A stretch of DNA of 64,000 bases from Actinomycetota bacterium. Lineage in GTDB: Bacteria; Actinomycetota; UBA4738; CALAEC01. Each line of letters begins with the position of its first letter. Position 1 is the first letter of the stretch. A model generated the notes under the pieces. The model made no database searches, was not told where the DNA came from, and was given only the letters and a program-made list of their open reading frames with translations. The stretch covers positions 80,410 through 144,409 of the forward strand of contig JBOGVZ010000049.1 of the NCBI GenBank assembly GCA_050692985.1, in the 5' to 3' direction. A program made the position numbers and the translations under genes. Of the stretch, positions 20,154 through 33,393 are shown piece after piece.

Positions 20154-20205
20154 ATTTCACGAGGGTGTCCGGAAGGCTCTCGCGATCCTCTCGTCCGCGG
20201 AGGCG

Positions 20206-20604
20206 CTAGCGGGTGCCGTGCTCGGCGCGCATCAGGGCCTTGGACAGCTCCGCCGCGGCGTCGACCTCTCCCTCGTCCGCACGGCGCTTGAGCTCCTCGG
20301 CCCGGGCCCGGGCGTCCGCGGCGTCGACCTCCTCGGGGAGCTGCGCGTGCTCGGCCAGGACGTCGATCCGGGTGCCCTCCTCGCGGGGCGTGACGTGCAG
20401 GTAGCCACCGTCCACCAGGACCACCTGCTTGTCGCGCTCGTCCTCGCGGATCCGCAGCGGCGCGATGCCCAGCTCGATCAGCATGGGGGCATGGCCGGGG
20501 AGGATGCCCACGTCCCCCTCCACCCCGCGGGCCACGACCATGTCTGCCTCGTCCGAGTACAGCTCCCGTTCCGGGGAGACCACGAAGACCTGGAGCTTCG
20601 CCAC
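20206..20604 (-). CDS. atpC: F1Fo ATP synthase epsilon subunit
   Basis: MAKLQVFVVSPERELYSDEADMVVARGVEGDVGILPGHAPML is typical of the epsilon subunit. Confidence 0.9.
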   Translation of the reverse strand: MAKLQVFVVSPERELYSDEADMVVARGVEGDVGILPGHAPMLIELGIAPLRIREDERDKQVVLVDGGYLHVTPREEGTRIDVLAEHAQLPEEVDAADARARAEELKRRADEGEVDAAAELSKALMRAEHGTR

Positions 20605-20611
20605 GTTCCTC

Positions 20612-22938
<2,327 letters not shown>

Positions 22939-22940
22939 GG

Positions 22941-24659
<1,719 letters not shown>

Positions 24660-24663
24660 GTCC

Positions 24664-25203
24664 TCACACCTCGCTCAGCCGTTCCCGGGCCAGCTCCAAC
24701 CGGCGCCGGACCGACCCGTCGATGACCTGATCGCCGATCCTGGCGAACACCCCGCCGATCACGGAGGGATCCACCAGGGCCTTCAGCTCGACCTTCTTCC
24801 CGGTGGCCCGGCCCAGGGCCTGGGCCAGGCGGTTGCGCGTCTCCTCGTCGAGGGGGATGGCGGTGCGGACCTCGGCCACCACTCGCTGCCGGCGCTCGGC
24901 GGCCAGCTCGACCAGCCCCTCCACGATCGCGGACAGCTCCCGGGCCCGCCCCTGCTCCACCACGAACGCCAGCAGGTTGACCGTGTGCAGGTTGGCCCGC
25001 TCCCCCAGCAGGTCCTCCAGGATGGCCCGCTTCCGCTCGGTGGGGAGGGCCAGGTCCGTCAGGGCCTCCCGGAGCGGGGGCTGCTGCTCGACCGTGTGGG
25101 CGAACCCGTACAGCTCGTCCTCGACCACATCGAGGACGCCCTCGGCCTCCGCCACGGCGAACAGCGCCCGGGCGTAGCCGCGGATGGCCTCGTCACGCGC
25201 CAC
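24664..25203 (-). CDS. atpH: F1Fo ATP synthase delta subunit (OSCP)
   Basis: GTG start overlapping the atpF stop. The C-terminus has the [30 protein letters not shown] signature of delta. Confidence 0.85.
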   Translation of the reverse strand: MARDEAIRGYARALFAVAEAEGVLDVVEDELYGFAHTVEQQPPLREALTDLALPTERKRAILEDLLGERANLHTVNLLAFVVEQGRARELSAIVEGLVELAAERRQRVVAEVRTAIPLDEETRNRLAQALGRATGKKVELKALVDPSVIGGVFARIGDQVIDGSVRRRLELARERLSEV

Positions 25204-25822
25204 CGGGGCCCTCTCCCTCCTCCGAAGACGACGGCTGGCCGTGGCCGTTGCCGCCTCCCATGCGGGCCACATCCTCGATGTAGCCCTCCACCAGGCGGAG
25301 CTGCCGCTCCCGGTCGAGGCTTTCCCCCACCACCCGGGCGGCCAGCTCGACGGAGAGTTCCCCGACCTGTCGGCGGAGGCCCTCGAAGGCCCGGTCCCGC
25401 TCGGCGCGGATCTCCTCCTGGGCCCGCTCCACCACCTGCCGGGATTCGTCCTCGGCCCTGGCCAGCAGGTCCCTCCGCATGGACTCGGCCGTCTTGCGGG
25501 CCTCGTCGATGATGCGTCCCGCCTCGGCGCGGGCATCCCGCAGCTGCTCTTCGTACCGGCCCAACTGCGTCTCCGCCTCCGTCCGGGCCTTCTCGGCCTT
25601 CTCCAGGTCGCCCTGGATCTTGTCGCTCCGTTGCCTCAGCCCCTGGTTGATGCGGGGGAACGCGTACTTGGCCAGGACCAGGAAGACGATCAGGAAGGCG
25701 ATCGCCCCCGGGATCAGCTCATCGATCTCCGGGATGAGCGGGTTGTGCTCCTCGGCGGCCTCGGTCTCGGTGCCGTTCTCCTGGGCCAGGGGGAAGGGGG
25801 TCCCCGCGATGTGCAGCTCCAT
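25193..25822 (-). CDS. atpF: F1Fo ATP synthase subunit b
   Basis: Single N-terminal TM (GAIAFLIVFLVLAKYAFP) followed by a long charged coiled coil. Confidence 0.85.
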   Translation of the reverse strand: MELHIAGTPFPLAQENGTETEAAEEHNPLIPEIDELIPGAIAFLIVFLVLAKYAFPRINQGLRQRSDKIQGDLEKAEKARTEAETQLGRYEEQLRDARAEAGRIIDEARKTAESMRRDLLARAEDESRQVVERAQEEIRAERDRAFEGLRRQVGELSVELAARVVGESLDRERQLRLVEGYIEDVARMGGGNGHGQPSSSEEGEGPGGA

Positions 25823-25833
25823 GGTCGCCTCCG

Positions 25834-26103
<270 letters not shown>

Positions 26104-26904
26104 TCAGTGCTCGGGGTGGATGGCTCCGCCGATGTACACGGCGGTCAGGATCGTGAAGATGTAGGCCTGGAGGACCGACACCAGGAGCTCGAACGCCACC
26201 AGGGCCACCGACAGGCCGAAGGCCGCCCCTCCGGCGATCGGGCCGAACGGCGGGCTCAGGATCAGGTACACGCTTCCCAGGAAGAAGATCGAGAGGATCA
26301 GGTGGCCGGCGATCATGTTGGCCAGGAGACGGACGGACAGCGTGAACGGCCGGACCACGAAGGTCGAGATGAACTCGATGGGGGTCAGCAGGATGTACAT
26401 GGCCTTGGGGACCCCCGGCGGGAACAGGGCGTTCCTCAGGTAGCCGAGGCCCTGGGCCTTGAACCCCACCGCGTTGAAGATGACGTACGCCATGCCGGCC
26501 AGGAGCGCGGGGAGGGCCATCCGGGAGTTGATGGGGAACTGGATGCCCGGGATCACCTCGAAGACGTTGCCCACCAGGATGAAGCAGAACATCGCGGTCA
26601 GGAACGGCACCCACGGGAGGCCCTCCCGCCCGATCACCGGGAGCACGATCTGCTCCCTGATGAAGTCCACGATCACCTCCACGAAGTTGCGGACCCCGCG
26701 GGGCACCAGCCCGGACTTCCTGGCGGCCAGCACGAACAGCACGCTGACCACGGCGGCCGCCAGGAACATGTACAGGACGACGCGGTCGAGCTCGAAGTGC
26801 ACGCCGAACAGGGTGAACTCCAACAGCGACGGGGGCTCGAAGATCTCCAGGCCGGGCGGCTCGAACGGCTCGGGGGGGCGGCTGACGGCCAGGAGGGATG
26901 CCAC
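26104..26904 (-). CDS. atpB: F1Fo ATP synthase subunit a
   Basis: 266-aa polytopic protein with the conserved Arg helix (LSVRLLANMIAGHL). Confidence 0.9.
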   Translation of the reverse strand: MASLLAVSRPPEPFEPPGLEIFEPPSLLEFTLFGVHFELDRVVLYMFLAAAVVSVLFVLAARKSGLVPRGVRNFVEVIVDFIREQIVLPVIGREGLPWVPFLTAMFCFILVGNVFEVIPGIQFPINSRMALPALLAGMAYVIFNAVGFKAQGLGYLRNALFPPGVPKAMYILLTPIEFISTFVVRPFTLSVRLLANMIAGHLILSIFFLGSVYLILSPPFGPIAGGAAFGLSVALVAFELLVSVLQAYIFTILTAVYIGGAIHPEH

Positions 26905-27381
26905 CTAGGGCCTCCCCTCGCGCGTCCGCAGGCGTTCGGCCGCGACCACCGCGGCCCGGTCGGGTGGGATGTCCAGCCGGCCGCCCAGGCCGGCCAGGGC
27001 CAGCCGGGCCTCATAGGTGAGCAGCGCCAGGGTCGAGGCCACGGCGGTGACGCCGAAGATCAGGGGGGAGAAGAGCGCCACGCGGTCGAGGGCGAACAGC
27101 AGTCCCACGATGACCCCCATCCGGAGGACGAAGCCGCCCAGGGCCACGACCTGCACGGCGGTGATCGACACGCCCGCCGCCCACGCCAGCGACAGTCCGT
27201 TCGCGGCGAAGTTCAGCCCGACCACGGCGACCGCCAGTCCCGCCGAGAACGCGCCCTGGGCGCCGGCGGCGACCGCACCGAGGCCCACCGCCGCCGGCAA
27301 CGCCACCGCGCCGGCCGCCAGCGCCCGGCGGACCATCACGTGCTCCGGCCTGGTGACCTCAGGTCCCTTCATCGCTCCCAT
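26905..27381 (-). CDS. atpI: ATP synthase protein I-like membrane protein
   Basis: Small 4-TM protein located immediately upstream of atpB. Confidence 0.6.
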   Translation of the reverse strand: MGAMKGPEVTRPEHVMVRRALAAGAVALPAAVGLGAVAAGAQGAFSAGLAVAVVGLNFAANGLSLAWAAGVSITAVQVVALGGFVLRMGVIVGLLFALDRVALFSPLIFGVTAVASTLALLTYEARLALAGLGGRLDIPPDRAAVVAAERLRTREGRP

Positions 27382-27589
27382 ACCGCTTCATGACCAGATA
27401 GATGCTGCCGCCGGCCCCCAGCACCATGCCGATCGGCAGGAACAGCCACCGGAAGCCCAGGAGCCAGTCCACGAGGAGGCCGATCCCGCCCCAGGTGACG
27501 ATCCCCGCGAGCAGGGTCCCGGTCACCGCCCACGCCGTCCCCATCGCGTGCCACCCGCTGTCGCGCTCGGGCCGAGGTGGGCCACCCAT
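27359..27589 (-). CDS. AtpZ/AtpI-family small membrane protein (first gene of atp operon)
   Basis: MGGPPRPERDSGWHAMGTAWAVTGTLLAGIVTWGGIGLLVDWLLGF...LVMKRYG. The start is uncertain. An alternative ATG at 27544 is possible. Confidence 0.5.
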   Translation of the reverse strand: MGGPPRPERDSGWHAMGTAWAVTGTLLAGIVTWGGIGLLVDWLLGFRWLFLPIGMVLGAGGSIYLVMKRYGSDEGT

Positions 27590-27651
27590 GGGCCGGGCAA
27601 GTATATCGGCGTCGCGGTCGCCCCCGCGAACCAGCCTCGGCCGCCCGGGCG

Positions 27652-27675
27652 AGCTTGTGAAAGTTTTCACAAGCT
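27652..27675. promoter_or_regulatory. CRP/GlxR-type binding site AGCTTGTGAaagtttTCACAAGCT
   Basis: Perfect TGTGA-N6-TCACA core with extended palindromic flanks. It lies in the divergent atp-operon/potA intergenic region. Confidence 0.55.
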
Positions 27676-27809
27676 CATCGTACGCCCCGAGCGGCCCGGC
27701 CGCCACCCTCGGAAGCGGCCCGCCCCGGGCCGCCCGACTGTACAAAGGGCACCCCCCTTTTCGGCCGGGCGGCTCGGCGCTTCCCACGGTCGCCCGCTAC
27801 GCTTGCGCC

Positions 27810-28970
27810 ATGGTGGGGGCCGCGTCGGACGAGGGGTCGGTAGAGGCCGCGTCGGGCCGGGCCGACGTCCGACTGGTGGGGGTCACCAAGAGGTTCGGCG
27901 ATGTCGTGGCGGTGGACGGCATCTCCGTCGACATCGCCAGGGGTGAGTTCTTCAGCCTGCTGGGACCCTCCGGCTGCGGCAAGACCACCACGCTGCGGAT
28001 GATCGGCGGGTTCGAACTGCCCGACACCGGCCGCATCGAGCTGGACGGCGCCGACGTGGCCGGGCTGCCCCCCCACCGCCGAGACGTCAACACGGTGTTC
28101 CAGTCCTACGCCCTGTTCCCCCACCTCGACGTGTTCGGCAACGTGGCGTACGGGCTGCGGCGGCGAGGGATGCCCAAGCGCACGATCGCCGGGCGGGTGG
28201 CCCGCATCCTGGAGCTCGTGGACCTCCCGGGGTTCGAGCGCCGCCGGGTGACGCAGCTCTCGGGCGGCCAGCAGCAGCGGGTGGCGCTGGCCCGGGCCCT
28301 GGTGAACGAGCCGAAGGTGCTCCTGCTCGACGAGCCCCTGGGCGCCCTCGACCTCAAGCTGCGCAAGCAGATGCAGCTCGAGCTCAAGGCCATCCAGCAC
28401 GAGGTCGGGGTCACGTTCATCTACGTGACCCACGACCAGGACGAGGCCATGACGATGTCCGACCGCATCGCGGTGATGCGAGAGGGGCGCATCGAACAGG
28501 TCGGACGGCCGCAGGAGGTGTACGAGCGCCCCGCCACCGAGTTCGTGGCCGGGTTCCTGGGAGCCTCGAACCTGCTGGAGGGGACGGTGGGGCCCTCGGA
28601 GGAGGGGTTCCGGGTGGTGGTGCTGGCGTCCGGAGAGAAGGTCCGGGTCCCGCGGGGCTCGCTGAACGGGTCGGAGGGGACGATCAAGCTCGGGGTGCGA
28701 CCGGAGAAGATCCGCATCCACGCCCGGGCGCCCGGCGGGGGCGACAACGCGATCGAGGGCCGGGTGATGATGGCCACGTTCGTCGGGGTCAGCAACGTCT
28801 ACACCGTGGAGACCCGGACCGGCCAGACCGTCACGGTGTACGCCCAGAACCTCGGCGACCCGGCGGAGCGGGCCCCGGGGCCCGGAGAGCGGGTGGCCCT
28901 GGCGTGGCAGCCCGAGCACACGTTCGTCGTTCGATCACAAGGAGGTGCGGAAGGTGCGAACGGTGGATGA
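27810..28970 (+). CDS. potA: Spermidine/putrescine ABC transporter ATP-binding protein
   Basis: Walker A GPSGCGKTT, signature LSGGQQQRVALARAL, Walker B LLLDEPLGALD, and a C-terminal TOBE-like regulatory domain. Confidence 0.85.
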   Translation: MVGAASDEGSVEAASGRADVRLVGVTKRFGDVVAVDGISVDIARGEFFSLLGPSGCGKTTTLRMIGGFELPDTGRIELDGADVAGLPPHRRDVNTVFQSYALFPHLDVFGNVAYGLRRRGMPKRTIAGRVARILELVDLPGFERRRVTQLSGGQQQRVALARALVNEPKVLLLDEPLGALDLKLRKQMQLELKAIQHEVGVTFIYVTHDQDEAMTMSDRIAVMREGRIEQVGRPQEVYERPATEFVAGFLGASNLLEGTVGPSEEGFRVVVLASGEKVRVPRGSLNGSEGTIKLGVRPEKIRIHARAPGGGDNAIEGRVMMATFVGVSNVYTVETRTGQTVTVYAQNLGDPAERAPGPGERVALAWQPEHTFVVRSQGGAEGANGG

Positions 28971-30174
28971 AGCGGACCGGTTCCTCGACACGCTGAAGCG
29001 ACCGATCACCCGCCGCGAGCTGCTGCGGCGGGCCGGCCACGGGTCCATGTACCTGGGGGCCATGGCGTTCCTGGCGGCGTGCGGTGTCCAGGGCCAGCGC
29101 CGGCAAGGCGGCGACCGCCTGGAGCCCCTCCCGCCGAGGGCCGGCGAGGTGGTCATGGCCAACTGGCCCCTGTACATCGACAAGGAGGGGGGCCGCAGCC
29201 CCACGCTCATCGGCTTCCGCGAGGAAACGGGCGTCCACATCCGGTACCAGGTGGCCATCAACGACAACGAGGAGTTCTTCGCCACCATCCGCGAGCCCCT
29301 GTCCCGGGGGGAGCCCACCGGATGGGACATCATCGTGGTCACCGACTGGATGGTGGCCAAGATGATCCAGCTCGGCTACCTGGAGCGGCTCCACCACGAC
29401 CGGCTCCCGAACTTCGAGGCGGAGGCCGCCGACAAGTTCAAGGACCCCTGGTACGACCCCGACAACGCCCACAGCATCCCGTGGGCGGCAGGCATCACCG
29501 GGATCGGCTACGACGTGTCGCTCACCGGGCGGGACCTGACGAGCGTCCACGACCTGTTCGACCCCGCCTTCGCCGGCCGGGTGGGGATGTTCTTGGAGAT
29601 GCGCGACACCTTCGGGCTGGCCCTGGCTGCGCTGGGGATCCGCTCCGCCGACGCCACGGTGGAGGACGTGGAGCGGGCCCAGCAGCTCCTGCTCGACAAC
29701 CGTGACAGCTTCCGGGGCTTCTACGGGAACGACTACACCGAGCAGCTGGCCACCGGGAACCTGGTGGCCTCCATGGCCTGGTCCGGCGACATCTTCGCCC
29801 TCCAGCTCGACAACCCGAACCTGCGATTCATCATCCCGGAGGAGGGGGGGATGCGGTGGGTGGACAACATGGTCATCCCCGCCGGGGCCGAGCACCCCAC
29901 CGACGCCCACATGTTCATGGACTACGTGTACCAGCCCCGCATCGCCGCGAACATCACGGAGTGGGTGTGGTACGAGCCCCCGGTCGCCGAGGTCGAGCAG
30001 ATCGTCCAGGAGGACGTGGCCGGCGGCGGGCCCGGCTACCTGAAGCAGCTGGCCGAGAGCGACCTGGTGTTCCCCGACGAGGGGACCCTGGCCCAGACGA
30101 TCCCCTACAAGCGGCTCGACCTGGAGGAGGAGCAGATCTGGAACGACCTGTTCCAGCAGGTGGTGCAGGGGTAG
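28945..30174 (+). CDS. potD: Polyamine ABC transporter substrate-binding protein (Tat-type signal, lipobox)
   Basis: RRELLRRAGHGSMYLGAMAFLAAC and PotD/PotF-type periplasmic binding-protein motifs. Its start overlaps the potA 3' end. Confidence 0.8.
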   Translation: MRKVRTVDEADRFLDTLKRPITRRELLRRAGHGSMYLGAMAFLAACGVQGQRRQGGDRLEPLPPRAGEVVMANWPLYIDKEGGRSPTLIGFREETGVHIRYQVAINDNEEFFATIREPLSRGEPTGWDIIVVTDWMVAKMIQLGYLERLHHDRLPNFEAEAADKFKDPWYDPDNAHSIPWAAGITGIGYDVSLTGRDLTSVHDLFDPAFAGRVGMFLEMRDTFGLALAALGIRSADATVEDVERAQQLLLDNRDSFRGFYGNDYTEQLATGNLVASMAWSGDIFALQLDNPNLRFIIPEEGGMRWVDNMVIPAGAEHPTDAHMFMDYVYQPRIAANITEWVWYEPPVAEVEQIVQEDVAGGGPGYLKQLAESDLVFPDEGTLAQTIPYKRLDLEEEQIWNDLFQQVVQG

Positions 30175-31052
30175 CCACGGGAGGAGCCGCGGAGGAACCC
30201 GCCGGGCGATGGCGGGGGCGCTCGGCCGCGTACTGGCTCCTGCTCCCCGGGGGCCTGTGGCTGCTGGCGTTCTACGTTGTCCCCACCATCTTCATGCTGT
30301 CGGTGTCGCTCCAGACCGGCTCGCTGGAGGCCGGATACCGCCTGACCTGGAACTTCGGCGTGTACCCGGAGGTGCTGCTGCGCAACGACACCCAGATGAT
30401 CCGCTCCGTGGGGTACGGGCTGTTCATCACGGTGGCCTGCCTGCTGATCTCCTATCCCCTGGCCTACACGATCGCCGTGCGCGGGGGCCGGTGGAAGAAC
30501 GCCCTGCTGTTCATGGTCATCCTTCCGTTCTTCGTGTCGTTCGTGATCCGCACCCTGTCGTGGAAGTTCGTCCTGGCCGACGAGGGCTTCCTGCTGGGGG
30601 CGCTGAAGAGCGTGGGCCTGCTGGGAGAGGGATTCCGGGTGCTGGGGACGCCCATGGCCGTGCTGGGAGGGCTCGTCTACAACTTCCTCCCGTTCATGGC
30701 CCTGCCGCTGTACGTGTCCCTGGAGAAGATGGACAAGAGCCTCCTGGATGCCGCGGGCGACCTGTACTCCAACCGGGTCACGGCGTTCTTCCGGGTGACG
30801 TTCCCGCTGTCCCTGCCGGGGGTCTTCGCCGGATCGTTGCTCACCTTCATCCCCGCGGTGGGCGACTTCATCAACGCCCAGATCTTGGGCAGCCCCGGCA
30901 CCACCATGATCGGCAACGTGATCCAGCGGGAGTTCCTGGTGAACAACGACTACCCGCAGGCCGGGGCCCTGTCCTTCATCCTGATGGTGGGGATCCTGGT
31001 GGCGGTGGCGTCCTACGCACGGCTGCTGGGGACGGAGGAGCTGACCGGGTGA
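30168..31052 (+). CDS. potB: Polyamine ABC transporter permease
   Basis: 6-TM permease with an EAA-like loop (LLDAAGDLYSNRVTAFFRVTFP). There is no canonical in-frame start near the first TM. The only ATG (29856) would overlap potD by 300 nt. The start is unresolved. Confidence 0.65.
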   Translation, partial: GVATGGAAEEPAGRWRGRSAAYWLLLPGGLWLLAFYVVPTIFMLSVSLQTGSLEAGYRLTWNFGVYPEVLLRNDTQMIRSVGYGLFITVACLLISYPLAYTIAVRGGRWKNALLFMVILPFFVSFVIRTLSWKFVLADEGFLLGALKSVGLLGEGFRVLGTPMAVLGGLVYNFLPFMALPLYVSLEKMDKSLLDAAGDLYSNRVTAFFRVTFPLSLPGVFAGSLLTFIPAVGDFINAQILGSPGTTMIGNVIQREFLVNNDYPQAGALSFILMVGILVAVASYARLLGTEELTG

Positions 31053-31135
31053 GCACGGGCACCGCCACCGCACAGCCCCGGGCGGCGGAGGTCCCCGCCC
31101 CGGCCCCCCGGCGCCGCCGGCGCCGGCAGTGGGGG

Positions 31136-31945
31136 ATGCCGCTCTACACCGGCCTGGTCATCACCTACCTGTTCTTCCCGATCGCGGTGATGATGCTGTT
31201 CGGCTTCAACGACATCCGGGGCCGCTTCAACTTCACGTGGCAGGGATTCACGCTGCGGTGGTACCGGCAACTGTTCGACGTGCCCGAGCTCACCGAGGCC
31301 CTGCGGAACTCCCTCATCGTGGCCGGAGCCAGCACCATCGTGGCCACCGCCCTGGGGACGTTGATGGCCCTGGCCCTGACGCGCTACCGGTTCCGGGGAC
31401 GGGGTGCCACGAACCTGTTCGTGTTCCTGCCGCTGGGGACGCCGGAGGTCGTCCTCGGAGCCTCCCTGCTGTCGCTGTTCATCACGTTCGGCGTGTCCCG
31501 GGGGCTGGGGACGATCCTGATCGCCCACATCATGTTCAACATCTCGTTCGTGGTCGTCACGGTGAAGGCCCGGACCCACGGCTTCAACAACGAGTGGGAG
31601 GAGGCGGCCAAGGACCTGGGGGCCACGTCGTGGACCGCGTTCTGGACGGTGACGTTCCCCCTGATCTTCCCGGGCATCCTGGCCGCGGCGGTCCTGGCCT
31701 TCGCCCTGTCCGTGGACGACTACGTGATCACGCTGTTCAACGCGGGGCAGACGCTGACGTTCCCGCTGTGGGTGGTGGGAGCCTCCCGGTTCGGCATCCC
31801 CCCGCAGGTCAACGTGATGGGTACGATCATCTTCCTGGTGGGGGCCGCCCTGGCGCTGGGGAGCGTGGCCATCCAGCGGCGGAGCTACCTCGGCGCGAAG
31901 CCCGAGGAGCTCACCCCGCGGCTCCCGTCGGCGGCGGCCGGGTGA
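31136..31945 (+). CDS. potC: Polyamine ABC transporter permease
   Basis: MPLYTGLVITYLFFPIAV... plus the EAA motif WEEAAKDLGATSWTAFWTVTFP. A GTG at 31049 (GTGA overlap with the potB stop) is an alternative start. Confidence 0.8.
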   Translation: MPLYTGLVITYLFFPIAVMMLFGFNDIRGRFNFTWQGFTLRWYRQLFDVPELTEALRNSLIVAGASTIVATALGTLMALALTRYRFRGRGATNLFVFLPLGTPEVVLGASLLSLFITFGVSRGLGTILIAHIMFNISFVVVTVKARTHGFNNEWEEAAKDLGATSWTAFWTVTFPLIFPGILAAAVLAFALSVDDYVITLFNAGQTLTFPLWVVGASRFGIPPQVNVMGTIIFLVGAALALGSVAIQRRSYLGAKPEELTPRLPSAAAG

Positions 31946-31953
31946 GGAGAGAC

Positions 31954-33312
31954 ATGAGCGACGACCGGATGACCGCGCGGGCCCGCGAGATCGCCGAGCG
32001 GGAAGCCGCCGGGCTGCTGGAGCGGACCCCGGCCTCGGCGCGGCTGTACGAGCGAGCCGTGGGGTCGCTGCCGCTGGGGGTGGCGTCCTCGTTCCAGGCC
32101 AACGATCCCTACCCGATCTACCTGGCCCGGGGGCGGGGGAGCCGGGTGTGGGACGTGGACGGGACCGAGTACGTGGACTTCCACAACGGCTTCGGGACGA
32201 TGGCGGTCGGGCACGCCCATCCCAAGGTGGCGGAGGCCATCGAGCGGGCGGCCCGCACCGGCACCCATTTCGCCGTGTCCACCGAGCGGACCGTGGCCCT
32301 GGCCGAGGAGCTGTGCCGGCGGTTCTCGCTCGACCGGGTGCGGTTCACGAACTCCGGCACCGAGGCCACCATGGACGCCATCCGCCTGGCCCGGGCCGCC
32401 ACCGGGCGGGACACGATCGCCAAGATCGAGGGGTCCTACCACGGCCACCACGACGCGGTCATGTTCTCTGTGGTCCCCAACGCCGACGTCATGGGGGGCC
32501 GGGACCGGCCGTCCTCGGCGCCGCTGTCGAAGGGCATCCCCGCCGACACCGCCCGGCACACCGTGGTGGTGCCGTTCAACGACGCCCCCGCCCTGGAGCG
32601 GCTGCTGGAGGAACGGGGCGGGGAGATCGCCTGCCTGATCATGGAGCCGGTGATGATGAACATCGGCATCTGCCTCCCCCAACCCGGTTACCTCCGGGCG
32701 GTCCGGGACCTGTGCACGCGGCACGGCGTGGTCCTGATCTTCGACGAGGTGAAGTCCGGGGCCACGATCGCCCCGGGCGGCGCGGCCGAACGGTTCGGGG
32801 TGGAGCCCGACCTCAAGTGCTTCGCCAAGGCCATCGGCGGCGGGGTGCCGCTGGGGGCCTTCGGTGGACGGGTGGAACTCATGGACGTCATCGGCACCGG
32901 GGCGGCTCAGCTGGGGACGTTCAACGGGAACCCCCTGGCCATGGCCGGGGGCCTGGCGGCGCTCACGGAGGTCCTGACCGCGGACGCCTACGAGCACCTG
33001 GCCAAGCTGGGGACCCTCCTGGCCGAGGGGTGCCACGGAGCCATATCCGAGCACGCCGTTCCCGCGCACACCGTGGACCTGGGGTGCAAGGGATGCGTCT
33101 CGTACCGCCCCGAGCCGCTTCGGAGCTACCGGGACTTCCTGGAGTGCCGGGTGGAGTTGTTCGAGGCCTCGTGGCCGTGGATGGTCAATCGAGGGCTGTT
33201 CATGACCCCCGGAGACGAGGAGCAGTGGACGATCAGCGTCCAGCACACCGAGGAGGACATCGCCCGGTACGTGGACGCCTACGCGGAGTTCTGCGCCGCC
33301 CTGGCCGCCTGA
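31954..33312 (+). CDS. Class III (PLP-dependent) aminotransferase
   Basis: RBS gaggaga. The FHNGFGTMAVGHAHPKV, FTNSGTEATMDAIRLAR and IFDEVKSG (PLP Lys) motifs fit the GSA-aminomutase/acetylornithine aminotransferase family. It is co-directional with the pot genes. Confidence 0.8.
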   Translation: MSDDRMTARAREIAEREAAGLLERTPASARLYERAVGSLPLGVASSFQANDPYPIYLARGRGSRVWDVDGTEYVDFHNGFGTMAVGHAHPKVAEAIERAARTGTHFAVSTERTVALAEELCRRFSLDRVRFTNSGTEATMDAIRLARAATGRDTIAKIEGSYHGHHDAVMFSVVPNADVMGGRDRPSSAPLSKGIPADTARHTVVVPFNDAPALERLLEERGGEIACLIMEPVMMNIGICLPQPGYLRAVRDLCTRHGVVLIFDEVKSGATIAPGGAAERFGVEPDLKCFAKAIGGGVPLGAFGGRVELMDVIGTGAAQLGTFNGNPLAMAGGLAALTEVLTADAYEHLAKLGTLLAEGCHGAISEHAVPAHTVDLGCKGCVSYRPEPLRSYRDFLECRVELFEASWPWMVNRGLFMTPGDEEQWTISVQHTEEDIARYVDAYAEFCAALAA

Positions 33313-33369
33313 CCGTCCCGTCCTGAGGGGTTCGCTCGCCGTCCGGTCGGGTGCTGTCCGGCTCAGGGC

Positions 33370-33393
33370 GGGCCGGTCCCGGAAGCCCGGCCC
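33370..33393. terminator. Hairpin between convergent aminotransferase and L,D-transpeptidase genes
   Basis: GGGCCGG-tcccggaagc-CCGGCCC overlapping the L,D-transpeptidase stop codon. Confidence 0.35.

Noticed and set aside
29856-30170. Upstream ATG for potB at 29856
   Set aside because: It would create a 100-aa non-membrane N-terminal extension overlapping potD by 300 nt in another frame. This is implausible.
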